From: Candidatus Latescibacterota bacterium
GTDB taxonomy: Bacteria > Latescibacterota > CBDEFO01
Direction of reading: 5' to 3'
Length of the DNA stretch: 64,000 bases
Assembly (NCBI GenBank): GCA_965248755.1
Contig: OZ252149.1
Coordinates: 608,001-672,000 of the forward strand
Under the pieces are notes generated by a model. That model was not told where the DNA came from, searched no databases, and was given only the letters and a program-made list of their open reading frames with translations. Shown here in pieces: positions 41,937-51,536 of the stretch. The position numbers and the translations under genes were made by a program. Numbering within the stretch: position 1 is the first letter of the stretch; the number at the start of each line of letters is the position of its first letter.

Positions 41937-42808
41937 AGAATAAGGCATTCTCTTTCAACGAGGATGTATCCGTAAACCTTTATCTGAAGGACATCAGGAC
42001 GTACAAACCTCTTGAAAGGCAAGAGGAAGTCGAACTGGCTGAAAGGATCAAAACAGGGGATAGGAAAGCCCTGGATAAGTTAGTTACGGCCAACTTGAGA
42101 TTTGTCGTCTCTGTTGCAAAGGATTACCTGGGAAGAGGACTTTCTCTTTCTGATCTGATAGCCGAAGGCAACATCGGACTTATCGAAGCAGCAAGAAGAT
42201 TTGATGAGACCAGAGGTTTTAAGTTTGTAACATATGCGGTTTGGTGGGTCAGACAAGCGATATTAAAGGCATTGTCAGAACAGACTAAAATAGTGCGTCT
42301 TCCTATGAGTCACTTTGACGATCTTGAAAGGATGGTTAAGAAAGTTGGGCCATTAACTCAGAAGTTAGCTCGCAGTCCATCAGCCGAAGAGATAGCGCAA
42401 AGTTCAGAAATAAGTGTCAACAGGGTCTGTAGAGCTTTGGTGTGCCTACAGTCGGACATATCCTTGAACGTCGCACTGGACGAATTTGAGGACAAGCCGC
42501 TGCTGGACACAATATCAGACGAAGGTGCTGTGACGGATAGGCAAGTTGAGGAGGAGAATTTTTCACAGGAAATAGAGAATTGTCTATCCAAGCTTAATGA
42601 TAGGGAGGCTAAGATAGTCCGTCTTTACTATGGGCTTGGCTACGATGAGCCGATGACGTTGCAGCAAATTGGATCGGCTTTTGGTATAACCAGGGAGAGG
42701 GCGCGTCAGATCAGAAACAGAGCTATCGAGAAGCTGAAGCACAAATGTCATGATGTGCTGGAGGATTATTCTTTTGAAGGAGCAAGGTCAGATGGCGGTG
42801 GTAACTGA
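41933..42808 (+). CDS. RNA polymerase sigma-70 factor (RpoD/RpoS-like, no region 1.1)
   Basis: YLKDI, ANLRFVVSVAK, FDETRGFKFVTYAVWWVRQ, TRERARQI. Confidence 0.95.
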   Translation: MKNKAFSFNEDVSVNLYLKDIRTYKPLERQEEVELAERIKTGDRKALDKLVTANLRFVVSVAKDYLGRGLSLSDLIAEGNIGLIEAARRFDETRGFKFVTYAVWWVRQAILKALSEQTKIVRLPMSHFDDLERMVKKVGPLTQKLARSPSAEEIAQSSEISVNRVCRALVCLQSDISLNVALDEFEDKPLLDTISDEGAVTDRQVEEENFSQEIENCLSKLNDREAKIVRLYYGLGYDEPMTLQQIGSAFGITRERARQIRNRAIEKLKHKCHDVLEDYSFEGARSDGGGN

Positions 42809-43910
42809 ACAGCAGATCGTTGATGCGCTTGGGGATGTCATAGAACCGCAGTTCCACAAGGATATTGTAAGCTTGGGGATGGTGAAGCACATAGCTATAG
42901 ACGGTCCGAAAGTCAGCTTTGAGGTCGTACTCACCACTCCAGATAGTCCTTTCAAGAAGGAGATAGAGGACTATGCCAGGCGAACCGTTGCAAAGATAAA
43001 GGGAGTCAAAGACGTTGAGATAGTTTTCAGCTTAAACGTGCCTCGCAGCGTTGTTGATCCCAACAGGAGCAGTATTATGCCCGGGGTCAAAAACGTGATC
43101 GCTGTAGCCAGTGGAAAAGGAGGGGTGGGAAAGACGACTATAAGCGTCAATTTAGCCGTAGCCCTAGCCGAGGCAGGCGCGGCTGTCGGCCTTATGGACG
43201 CAGACATCTACGGTCCCAATATCCCGATTATGATGGGGGCAAGCGGGAGCCCGGAGACCACAATGGATAACAAAATGAAGCCGCGTGTCAACCACCGAGT
43301 GAAGCTGATATCCATGGGTTTTTTGGCAGACCAGAATACCCCCATGATATGGCGCGGACCCATCGTAAGCAGGGTGACCCAGGAGTTTATGAGCAGGGTG
43401 GACTGGGGAGATCTGGACTATCTGATTATGGACCTGCCTCCTGGTACCGGCGATATTCAACTTACGATCTCTCAATCGGCCCCCTTAACAGGAGCGGTGA
43501 TCGTCACAACCCCGCAGGACGTGGCCTTAGAGGATGTCAGGAGAGGAATCTTAATGTTCCAGAAGGTCAACATCCCTATTTTGGGCATTATCGAAAACAT
43601 GAGCTACTTTGCCTGCCCCCACTGCGGCGAAAGGACCGAAATATTCGACCACGGCGGAGGGAAAGTAGCTGGTGAAAAGTTCGATGTCCCGTTCTTGGGG
43701 GAGGTCCCGTTGGACCCTGAAATAAGGATAGGATCAGATATCGGAACGCCAATAGTGAAGCTGCATCCTGCCTCGCCCCAGACTGAGGCTTTCAGAAAGA
43801 TAGCTGGAACTCTTGCGGCAAGAATAAGCGTTATTGGAATGGGTGAACCTCCAGAGGGCGGTAGCGGCGGATGGGGTGGAAAACTTATGCAGAAAATAAG
43901 GGGAAACTAA
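42792..43910 (+). CDS. mrp: Mrp/ApbC Fe-S cluster carrier ATPase
   Basis: GKGGVGKT, DADIYGP, DLPPGTGD, ENMSYFACPHC. Confidence 0.95.
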   Translation: MAVVTEQQIVDALGDVIEPQFHKDIVSLGMVKHIAIDGPKVSFEVVLTTPDSPFKKEIEDYARRTVAKIKGVKDVEIVFSLNVPRSVVDPNRSSIMPGVKNVIAVASGKGGVGKTTISVNLAVALAEAGAAVGLMDADIYGPNIPIMMGASGSPETTMDNKMKPRVNHRVKLISMGFLADQNTPMIWRGPIVSRVTQEFMSRVDWGDLDYLIMDLPPGTGDIQLTISQSAPLTGAVIVTTPQDVALEDVRRGILMFQKVNIPILGIIENMSYFACPHCGERTEIFDHGGGKVAGEKFDVPFLGEVPLDPEIRIGSDIGTPIVKLHPASPQTEAFRKIAGTLAARISVIGMGEPPEGGSGGWGGKLMQKIRGN

Positions 43911-44011
43911 AAATAGTAGGCAGCAAAGAGGGTTGGGATACGTGGCCCCGTCTATCCCCGATAGATTCAATCGGGGGATGCTGTCTGCTCAAAAAATAAG
44001 GTGTCTACCAA

Positions 44012-45748
44012 ATGCAAACGATAGAAATAGAGGACTCCATACTTAGAATAGGAGGTGAGGGAGGAGAAGGTGGGGGTGCAACTGGAGAGGTTATAACTCA
44101 GGCGGCCGCCAGGGCCGCTTTAAACGTTTTTACGTTTAGGACTTATCCAGCCGAGATAAAGGGAGGCTTGGCCATGTTCCAGCTCAGGCTCGGATCGAGG
44201 GATATCCTCTCAAAAGGAAATGCTGTGGATGTACTCCTGGCATTCGACCAGGAAGCCTACGACACGTACTATAAGGATCTGAGAGACACAGGTGTTCTTT
44301 TGTACGATCCTGCTCAGTGCACCCCGCCTGAAGGATGCCCGCATAAGTGTATTGAGCTTCCGATCGATCAAATCGCAAAAAAAGAGATCAAAAATCCCAG
44401 AAGCAAGAACATCGTTGCAATAGGGGCGCTGGCAGAGATATACTCCCTTCCAAAGGAAATAGTCAAGACTGGCGTAGAGAATAAATTCAAAAAGTACGGA
44501 GCCACTACACTTGAGACTTATCTTGGAGCCTTTCAGATGGGAATAGACTATGCCAAGCAGAATATTCCCATCAAGTACTCCTTCCACGGCAGAGAAAAGC
44601 CAAATTACAACGAGATAATCATATCAGGCGGTGAGGCCATAGCCTTGGGAGCTATAGCCGCAGGATGCAGATACTGCGCTGGATACCCCATAACGCCGGC
44701 TACGCCGGTCTTGCAGTTTCTTACCCTGGAACTTCCGAAATTCGGTGGAACCGCTGTTCAGTCAGAGGATGAGATATCTGCTCTTGCGTCCTGTATTGGG
44801 GCGTCTTTTGCAGGAGCTAAAGCCATGACACCGACATCGGGCCCTGGGCTTTCGCTTATGAGCGAGCTGATCAATTTGGCTTCGATGGTCGAGCTCCCCG
44901 TGGTAGTTGTGGACGTTCAAAGAGCAGGTCCCAGCACCGGGATGCCGACCAAAAATGAGCAGTCGGATTTAAGGTTCGCAATGTACGGCACTTCCGGAGA
45001 ATCGCCCAGGATAGTCATAGCTCCAACCTCTTTAGAGGACTGCTTCTATCAGACTGTGGGGGCGTTCAACTTGGCTGAGGCCTATCAGATGCCCGTGATA
45101 CTCCTTTCTGATCAGTCCATGGCTTACAGCACACAGAATATAAGAGAACCCGACCCCTCATCTTTAAAGATCGTAAATCGGCTTAGATTCGACACGAAAG
45201 ACACGGAAAATGGATACTTCAGGTATCTGATGACCCAAAGCGGAGTATCGCCTATCGCGATTGCCGGGGATGTGGACGGATACCACATAGCCACAGGGCT
45301 GGAGCACGACGAAGAGGGTGCTCCGAATTACACGCCCTTAAACCATGAACAGATGATGGCCAAGCGCTTCAAGAAGTTGGAGGCTGTGGAAGCAGACTTA
45401 ACCGATAATTCCCAAGGTGAGATTTCATTTCCCGAGGGGGCAAAGATCGGGATAATCGGCTGGGGATCGACAGAAGGCGCTATCAAGGAGGCCATATACG
45501 AGGCGGGGAAAGAGGGTGTCAAGGTCGCCCACTATCACCCAAGGGTACTTGCACCTCTTTGTGAGTCAAGAATGTCCCGGTTCGTAAGTTCCGTAGATAA
45601 GATAATCATCCCAGAGGAGAACTTCACCGGACAGTTCGCACATATCGTGAAAGGACAGTTCGGCATCAAACCCATAGAAATGCATAAATCTCAGGGAATA
45701 CCTTTCTCCCCGGAAGAGGTATATGAGAAGATTATGGAGGTAGCCTAA
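44012..45748 (+). CDS. korA: 2-oxoacid:ferredoxin oxidoreductase alpha subunit (gamma-alpha fusion)
   Basis: GYPITPAT, EDEI, TSGPG, RAGPSTGMPT; substrate not determinable. Confidence 0.92.
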   Translation: MQTIEIEDSILRIGGEGGEGGGATGEVITQAAARAALNVFTFRTYPAEIKGGLAMFQLRLGSRDILSKGNAVDVLLAFDQEAYDTYYKDLRDTGVLLYDPAQCTPPEGCPHKCIELPIDQIAKKEIKNPRSKNIVAIGALAEIYSLPKEIVKTGVENKFKKYGATTLETYLGAFQMGIDYAKQNIPIKYSFHGREKPNYNEIIISGGEAIALGAIAAGCRYCAGYPITPATPVLQFLTLELPKFGGTAVQSEDEISALASCIGASFAGAKAMTPTSGPGLSLMSELINLASMVELPVVVVDVQRAGPSTGMPTKNEQSDLRFAMYGTSGESPRIVIAPTSLEDCFYQTVGAFNLAEAYQMPVILLSDQSMAYSTQNIREPDPSSLKIVNRLRFDTKDTENGYFRYLMTQSGVSPIAIAGDVDGYHIATGLEHDEEGAPNYTPLNHEQMMAKRFKKLEAVEADLTDNSQGEISFPEGAKIGIIGWGSTEGAIKEAIYEAGKEGVKVAHYHPRVLAPLCESRMSRFVSSVDKIIIPEENFTGQFAHIVKGQFGIKPIEMHKSQGIPFSPEEVYEKIMEVA

Positions 45749-46678
45749 ATGCCCATACCTGCTGTTGTAGAAAGAAGACCAGCTGTAAGTGATAAGAAGA
45801 CGTCCACTGCCGACACCAATCCGAAAACCGATGCAAAGAGGAGGGCCGCAGCGTTTAAGAGCGACGTTAAACCGATCTGGTGCCCCGGATGCGGGGACTT
45901 CGGAGTGTTGAGCAGTTTCTATCAGGCCTTGGTGGAACTGGAGGTGGACTCCAAGAATCTGGTCATTTCCAGCGGAATAGGATGCGCAGGCAGGTTTAAT
46001 CACTTTGTAAAGTGCTACGCCTTTCATGGTGTCCACGGACGGGCACTGCCCGTAGCGTTCGGAATGAAGGCTGCTAACCCCCAATTGGAGGTCTTTGTAA
46101 TCGGCGGAGACGGCGATGGATTGGGCATAGGCGGAGGGCATATCCCCCATATAGCCAGGCGAAATCCCGATTTAGCCTATATCATTCTGGACAACGAGAC
46201 ATACGGTTTGACCAAAGGACAGGTATCTCCTACAAGCATCCTTTTGCAGGTTACGCCCACCACACCATACGGTTCGGTGGAACCACCGCTAAATCCTATA
46301 GCAATGTTCTTATCCTACGGTGTCAGCTTCGTGGCAAGGGGATTTGCCGGCGATCCTAAACAGTTGAAGCAACTCATAGTAGAAGGAGCAAAGCATAAAG
46401 GATTTGCAATTATCCATGCGCTTTCGCCATGTCCAACCTTCAACAAGATTATGACGTTCAAGTCTGTGGAACCCAAAGTAGAACATATCCCAGATGATTA
46501 CGACAAAACGGACAGACTGAAGGCTATGGAATTTGCCATGGATGATGAGACGATATATACCGGTGTGTTCTATAAAAATCAACAACCCACCTTTACCGAC
46601 AGAGCCAAATCCATAGAAGACAAGGCTGACGCTGACCATAAGACTCAACTTGTGGACATATTCAAGCGATATAGGTAG
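45749..46678 (+). CDS. korB: 2-oxoacid:ferredoxin oxidoreductase beta subunit
   Basis: WCPGCGD, GIGC, HGR, GGDGD, YGLTKGQVSPT, SPC. Confidence 0.92.
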   Translation: MPIPAVVERRPAVSDKKTSTADTNPKTDAKRRAAAFKSDVKPIWCPGCGDFGVLSSFYQALVELEVDSKNLVISSGIGCAGRFNHFVKCYAFHGVHGRALPVAFGMKAANPQLEVFVIGGDGDGLGIGGGHIPHIARRNPDLAYIILDNETYGLTKGQVSPTSILLQVTPTTPYGSVEPPLNPIAMFLSYGVSFVARGFAGDPKQLKQLIVEGAKHKGFAIIHALSPCPTFNKIMTFKSVEPKVEHIPDDYDKTDRLKAMEFAMDDETIYTGVFYKNQQPTFTDRAKSIEDKADADHKTQLVDIFKRYR

Positions 46679-46709
46679 AATATAACCTTGAAAACGGGGA
46701 AGATAATTA

Positions 46710-47132
46710 GTGGCCGAAGCAGAGGAAAAACCCCTAAGACAGAAAAGGCCTAAAAAGCCAAGACCTAAAGCCATAGTGGACGTTGATGGTTGCACGGGCT
46801 GTGAAGTATGCATGGATTTTTGTCCGGTAGATTGTATTTTGAAGCTCCCAGGCGAAGAATTTTCCATAGTACACGGTATATGCGTGGTCGATGAAGAAAG
46901 ATGCACAGGTTGTACTATATGTGCAAGGGAGTGTCCCTGGGAGACTATCGCTATGGTCTATCCTGAAGATGCAGATCTCCCCGAAGAAAGCTTTGTGGGA
47001 AGATATAAGATACAGGGGAGCAGGACATCTGTTGACAGCCGCTTTTTCCCAACGGCGCGCAGGGAAGAGGCTATGGCAAGCACATCAAGAACCCTTCAAG
47101 AGCTTTCCTACAACATCGATACTGAACAATAG
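46710..47132 (+). CDS. 2x[4Fe-4S] ferredoxin with C-terminal extension
   Basis: Two CxxCxxCxxxCP motifs. Confidence 0.9.
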   Translation: MAEAEEKPLRQKRPKKPRPKAIVDVDGCTGCEVCMDFCPVDCILKLPGEEFSIVHGICVVDEERCTGCTICARECPWETIAMVYPEDADLPEESFVGRYKIQGSRTSVDSRFFPTARREEAMASTSRTLQELSYNIDTEQ

Positions 47133-47341
47133 ACAGCACACAAGGCTAGCTTTCCCACCCCCTTGAATCTAGGGGCTGGGTGACCCAACCCTTGGCATAA
47201 GGATAACTTGTGCTTTGCTGCCTCCGCGTATTCCTCCCAACAGGGCGCCTATGGCGATCGCCCCTACATATATCCACTTGTGTCTGCCTGGCAGGACTGA
47301 GAGGAGGCGGTGTACTGTCTATTCCTTTTGAGGAGACACAG

Positions 47342-48112
47342 TTGGTAATCTTAAAATCAAGGAGAGAGATAGATCTCATAAGGGCAGGTGGGAGGATAGT
47401 AGCTTTAGTCCAGAAAGAGCTGCAGAAGACCATAAAGCCAGAGATAACTACAGAGGAACTGGACAGAATCGCTGAGGAAATTATAAGGTCGAAAGGAGCC
47501 GAACCCGCATTTAAAGGCTATCGTGGCTTTCCCGCTTCTATATGTACCTCTATCAACGAAGAGGTAATTCACGGCATCCCCGGGAATCAGGAACTCTGCT
47601 CCGGCGACATTGTTAGTATAGATGTAGGAGTTAGGCTCTCGGGCTACTATTCCGATGGGGCGTTCACTTGTCCTGTAGGAGCGGTTGAACCTCACGTGTC
47701 GAAGCTCTTGGAGGTGACCAGGGAGGCGCTGTACAAGGGCATAGAAAAGACGATTGAGGGTAAAAGGGTCTCGGATATTTCCCACGCTGTTCAAACTCAT
47801 GTGGAAAAGGGAGGCTTTTCTGTAGTCCGGAACTTCGTGGGCCACGGAATAGGACAAAACCTTCACGAGGACCCACAGGTACCCAACTTCGGAGAACCAG
47901 GAAGGGGCTTGAGATTAAAAGAAGGGATGGTCTTGGCTATTGAGCCGATGGTGAACCTGGGCACTGATGAAGTGGCTATAGATCAGAAGGACGGCTGGAC
48001 TGCCTTCACACTGGACAGGAAACCTTCAGCTCACTTTGAACATACCGTCGCTGTAACGGGCCAAGGGCCAGAGATACTTACGCTCTCTAACAAACAAAAT
48101 ATGGATAACTAA
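47342..48112 (+). CDS. map: Methionine aminopeptidase type I
   Basis: CTSINEEVIHGIP, GHGIG..LHE, IEPM, AHFEHT; TTG start after AGGAG. Confidence 0.96.
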   Translation: MVILKSRREIDLIRAGGRIVALVQKELQKTIKPEITTEELDRIAEEIIRSKGAEPAFKGYRGFPASICTSINEEVIHGIPGNQELCSGDIVSIDVGVRLSGYYSDGAFTCPVGAVEPHVSKLLEVTREALYKGIEKTIEGKRVSDISHAVQTHVEKGGFSVVRNFVGHGIGQNLHEDPQVPNFGEPGRGLRLKEGMVLAIEPMVNLGTDEVAIDQKDGWTAFTLDRKPSAHFEHTVAVTGQGPEILTLSNKQNMDN

Positions 48113-48119
48113 AGAGAAG

Positions 48120-49850
48120 ATGAAAGAAAGGATATACAAGGGAAATCCTATCTCGCCCGGAATCGTTCAGGGGACAGTGGTTGTCTTTGAGGAGAACGGC
48201 CGCAAGGATGTGCCTAGATACGCGATAAGCATATCGGATGCAGAAAGGGAGATACAGAGGTTCCAGGAGGCGGTGAACCGGGCTAAAGGCGATGTGAGAG
48301 GTCTGATAGACAAGGTAGCCTGCCAGGTTGGCAAAGAGGAGGCAAAGATATTCGAGGCTCACCTGATGATCCTTGAGGACAAGGTCTTTTTAGCCGAAGT
48401 AGAGGACAAGATTCTAAAAGATAGGATAAACACAGAGGCGGTCCTGTCAGATATCATCGAAAAGTTCAGTTCTAACTTCTCCTCAATGGAAGACGAGTAC
48501 ATAAGGGAAAAATCGGCGGATATAAGTGAGATCGGAAGCCGCATATTGCGTAAACTCCTCCCTGGGGAAGATGAAACTACATGGTGTGTAGAGCACAAGG
48601 TCGTAGTAGCCGCAAAAGACCTGTTCCCCGGCCTTACTGTCCATCTGGAATTAGATAAGATATCGGGCTTTATAGGCCAAACAGGGGGAGTAACCTCACA
48701 CGCTGCGATATTAGCGCGTTCTTTGGGCGTCCCCGCTGTGACGGGAATCGAAGCGAATATCATTCAGAATCTCAAGCCTCAGGACATAATAGTTATAGAC
48801 GGAGATTCAGGGACTTTAGTCGTCAACCCAGAAAAAGAGACATCACAGAAATATGCAAAGATTAAGAGGGAATCCTTATGCGCAAAAGAACGGCTAAGTG
48901 GGTTAATCGATCTTCCGTCTGTAACTTTGGATGGGCACAAAATAGAGCTTCTGGCAAACGCCGGGAGATGGTTTGAAATCGAAAGATCTCTATCTTACAA
49001 TCCCGACGGCATCGGCCTTTATCGCACAGAATTCATGTTTATGTCAAGAAGAGACTTTCCCTCCGAGGACGTTCAATACGAACAGTATAGAATGGCTGCA
49101 GAGGCTTTTGGAGACAAGAAAGTCACGATAAGGATATTGGACATAGGTTGTGATAAATCTCCGTCCTATTTCCCTCTTCCTCGTCAGATGAATCCTCAGT
49201 TGGGGTGGAGAGGATGCAGGCTACTTGTTAAGTATCCGGATATACTCAAGACCCAGATGAGGGCGATCCTAAGGGCGAGCGCACATGGAAAGATAAAGAT
49301 ACTATATCCTATGATCTCAAGCATAGAAGATGCGCGCAAGGCCAAGACAGCGTTAAAAAACGCTATGGATGAGCTGGCGGAAGAAGGATTTGACTACAAT
49401 CGCCATTTAGAGCAGGGGATTATGATAGAGGTGCCCTCATCGGCCCTGATCGCCGATCTCCTTCTGGAAGAGATGGACTTTTTGAGCGTAGGCACAAACG
49501 ACCTTGTGCAGTATCTCCTGGCGGTGGACAGAAACGACGAGAAGATAGCCCAATTCTACGAACCCTTAAATCCTGCTGTCTTAAGAGTTCTGGAAGGTAT
49601 CCTAAAAACCGCTTCCTCCTGTAGAAGGACCATAAACATCTGCGGAGAGATAGCCGGTGACCCCTCTTACACAAAGCTCCTCCTGGGGATAGGGTACAGG
49701 TCTTTTAGTATGAACTCAGCTTCTATATGTCCGGTCAAAGAAGTGGTGCGATCAGTCAGCATAAAAGAGTGTGAAAAGGTAGCTCAAAAGGCCCTTGAAC
49801 TTTCAACATCCGAGGCAATAAAAGAACTAATCAGCGCTGATTCGATATAG
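48120..49850 (+). CDS. ptsI: Phosphoenolpyruvate-protein phosphotransferase (PTS enzyme I)
   Basis: TSHAAILARS, GIGLYRTEF, MIEVP, GTNDLVQY, CGE. Confidence 0.95.
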   Translation: MKERIYKGNPISPGIVQGTVVVFEENGRKDVPRYAISISDAEREIQRFQEAVNRAKGDVRGLIDKVACQVGKEEAKIFEAHLMILEDKVFLAEVEDKILKDRINTEAVLSDIIEKFSSNFSSMEDEYIREKSADISEIGSRILRKLLPGEDETTWCVEHKVVVAAKDLFPGLTVHLELDKISGFIGQTGGVTSHAAILARSLGVPAVTGIEANIIQNLKPQDIIVIDGDSGTLVVNPEKETSQKYAKIKRESLCAKERLSGLIDLPSVTLDGHKIELLANAGRWFEIERSLSYNPDGIGLYRTEFMFMSRRDFPSEDVQYEQYRMAAEAFGDKKVTIRILDIGCDKSPSYFPLPRQMNPQLGWRGCRLLVKYPDILKTQMRAILRASAHGKIKILYPMISSIEDARKAKTALKNAMDELAEEGFDYNRHLEQGIMIEVPSSALIADLLLEEMDFLSVGTNDLVQYLLAVDRNDEKIAQFYEPLNPAVLRVLEGILKTASSCRRTINICGEIAGDPSYTKLLLGIGYRSFSMNSASICPVKEVVRSVSIKECEKVAQKALELSTSEAIKELISADSI

Positions 49851-49862
49851 TTCCCAAAATAG

Positions 49863-49910
49863 AGAGGTGTCGAGTTGCCTATGTCCATAAGCAACCCTTA
49901 CACCTCTTTT
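49863..49910 (+). terminator. Putative terminator after ptsI
   Basis: agaggtgt..gttgc...gcaac..acacctct followed by ttt. Confidence 0.55.
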
Positions 49911-50023
49911 GTGTTGTGCGGCAAATATTGCTGCTGCTCTTGATTATTTCAAAACAACCTCAAAAATTCCTTTGACATGGAACCTTATTATCGTTATTTT
50001 ATACCACGCTTGATCTTTTAGTA

Positions 50024-51094
50024 ATGAGTTGTATTGTCAATTATCTTTTTTATTTGACACTTAAGGAAGCAGATAAGGTAAGAAAGCTTTTTGAGTGGGA
50101 GGCCACCGGAGCCAACAGCTCGGTCGTAGGTATAACCGATATAGACTTTGACAGCATCATGCACGCCCATCAGTTATGGAAGAGTATGTATCCAGATACC
50201 AAATTACTGAACAGGGAACGGAAAGTAAGAGATCGCAAAAAAAAAGAAAACGTAAGAAAAGGAACCAAAGACTTTAAGAAGGCAAAGACTAAAGTTGAAG
50301 AGATCAATGTCTCAACGATAGTAAACAAAATTGTACCTGGGGACAGCCAAGTTGTTTTGGAAGAATATCCCGATAATTTTGTGGATATAATAATTACGTC
50401 TCCCCCTTACAATTTCGGCCTGAACTACAGGGACGACGAGAAAGAAGATGCGGTAAATTGGAGGGAGTATTTTGAAAAACTGGATTCCGTCTGGAAAGAA
50501 TGTTTCAGAGTCCTAAAGCCGGGCGGTAGAATATGTGTCAACGTCCAACCGTTGTTTTCGGACTATGTACCGACGCATCACATCATTTCAAAGCAGTTTT
50601 TAGATTTGGGAATGCTGTGGAAGGCTGAAATTTTATGGGAAAAACATAACTACAATTGCAAATACACTGCCTGGGGCAGTTGGAAGAGTCCAAGCATGCC
50701 GTATCTGAAATACACGTGGGAATTCGTGGAGATATTTTGCAAGGAGTCGCACAAAAAGAAGGGAGATTCGGACAGGATAGACATCACCGGGGATGAATTC
50801 AAAGAATGGGTCTATGCAAAATGGGACATTGCACCTGAACGCAATATGAAGCTATACAACCACCCGGCAATGTTCCCTCAGGGATTGGTAGAAAGACTGT
50901 TGAAACTGTTTAGCTATCGAGATGATATTGTTTTAGATCCTTTCAACGGCGTGGGTACCACTACTTTAGTTGCATTCAAACACAAGAGAAGATATATAGG
51001 CATAGACATTTCGGAAGAATATTGTAAAAGCGCAGAAAAGAGAATTGAGGATCTCCCATCTCCCCAAGTATATCTTGAACTTGTCGCCCCGTGA
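50024..51094 (+). CDS. Site-specific DNA methyltransferase (N4-C/N6-A, beta class); start uncertain
   Basis: TSPPY, HPAMFP, DPFNGVGTT. Confidence 0.9.
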   Translation: MSCIVNYLFYLTLKEADKVRKLFEWEATGANSSVVGITDIDFDSIMHAHQLWKSMYPDTKLLNRERKVRDRKKKENVRKGTKDFKKAKTKVEEINVSTIVNKIVPGDSQVVLEEYPDNFVDIIITSPPYNFGLNYRDDEKEDAVNWREYFEKLDSVWKECFRVLKPGGRICVNVQPLFSDYVPTHHIISKQFLDLGMLWKAEILWEKHNYNCKYTAWGSWKSPSMPYLKYTWEFVEIFCKESHKKKGDSDRIDITGDEFKEWVYAKWDIAPERNMKLYNHPAMFPQGLVERLLKLFSYRDDIVLDPFNGVGTTTLVAFKHKRRYIGIDISEEYCKSAEKRIEDLPSPQVYLELVAP

Positions 51095-51134
51095 TCAGGC
51101 ACTTTAGGGGTTCAAATTACTTGAGATTCAAAGA

Positions 51135-51506
51135 ATGTACAACGAAATCATAATGGATCACTTCAAGAATCCGAGGAACGTAGGCCAGATCGAGGATGCA
51201 GATGGAGTGGGAGAGGCCGAGAATTCCGTGTGCGGGGACACTACGAAGCTCTATCTGAGGATACAAGAGGGCAAGATAAGGGACTCCAAGTTTAAGACGT
51301 TCGGATGTACAGCAGCTATTGCGGCCAGTTCGATGCTGACGCAGATGCTGAAGGGTCTGAGGGTGGAGGAGGCAGTAAAGATTACAAAGGAGGATGTATC
51401 AAACGCCTTAGGGGGACTTCCTCCACTGAAAGTTCACTGTTCCGTGTTAGCTGAGGATGCCGTCAAGTCGGCTGTGGAAGATTACAAACAAAGGTCGAGG
51501 AATTAA
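51135..51506 (+). CDS. iscU: IscU/NifU-N Fe-S scaffold
   Basis: DHFKNPRN, VCGD, FGC, KVHCS. Confidence 0.93.
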   Translation: MYNEIIMDHFKNPRNVGQIEDADGVGEAENSVCGDTTKLYLRIQEGKIRDSKFKTFGCTAAIAASSMLTQMLKGLRVEEAVKITKEDVSNALGGLPPLKVHCSVLAEDAVKSAVEDYKQRSRN

Positions 51507-51536
51507 GATAGATTAAGCCGAAAGGAGATACGGAAA

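Noticed and set aside
47210..47341. N-terminal extension of map
   Set aside because: Runs through a REP-like palindrome; AGGAG + TTG at 47342 matches the family start.
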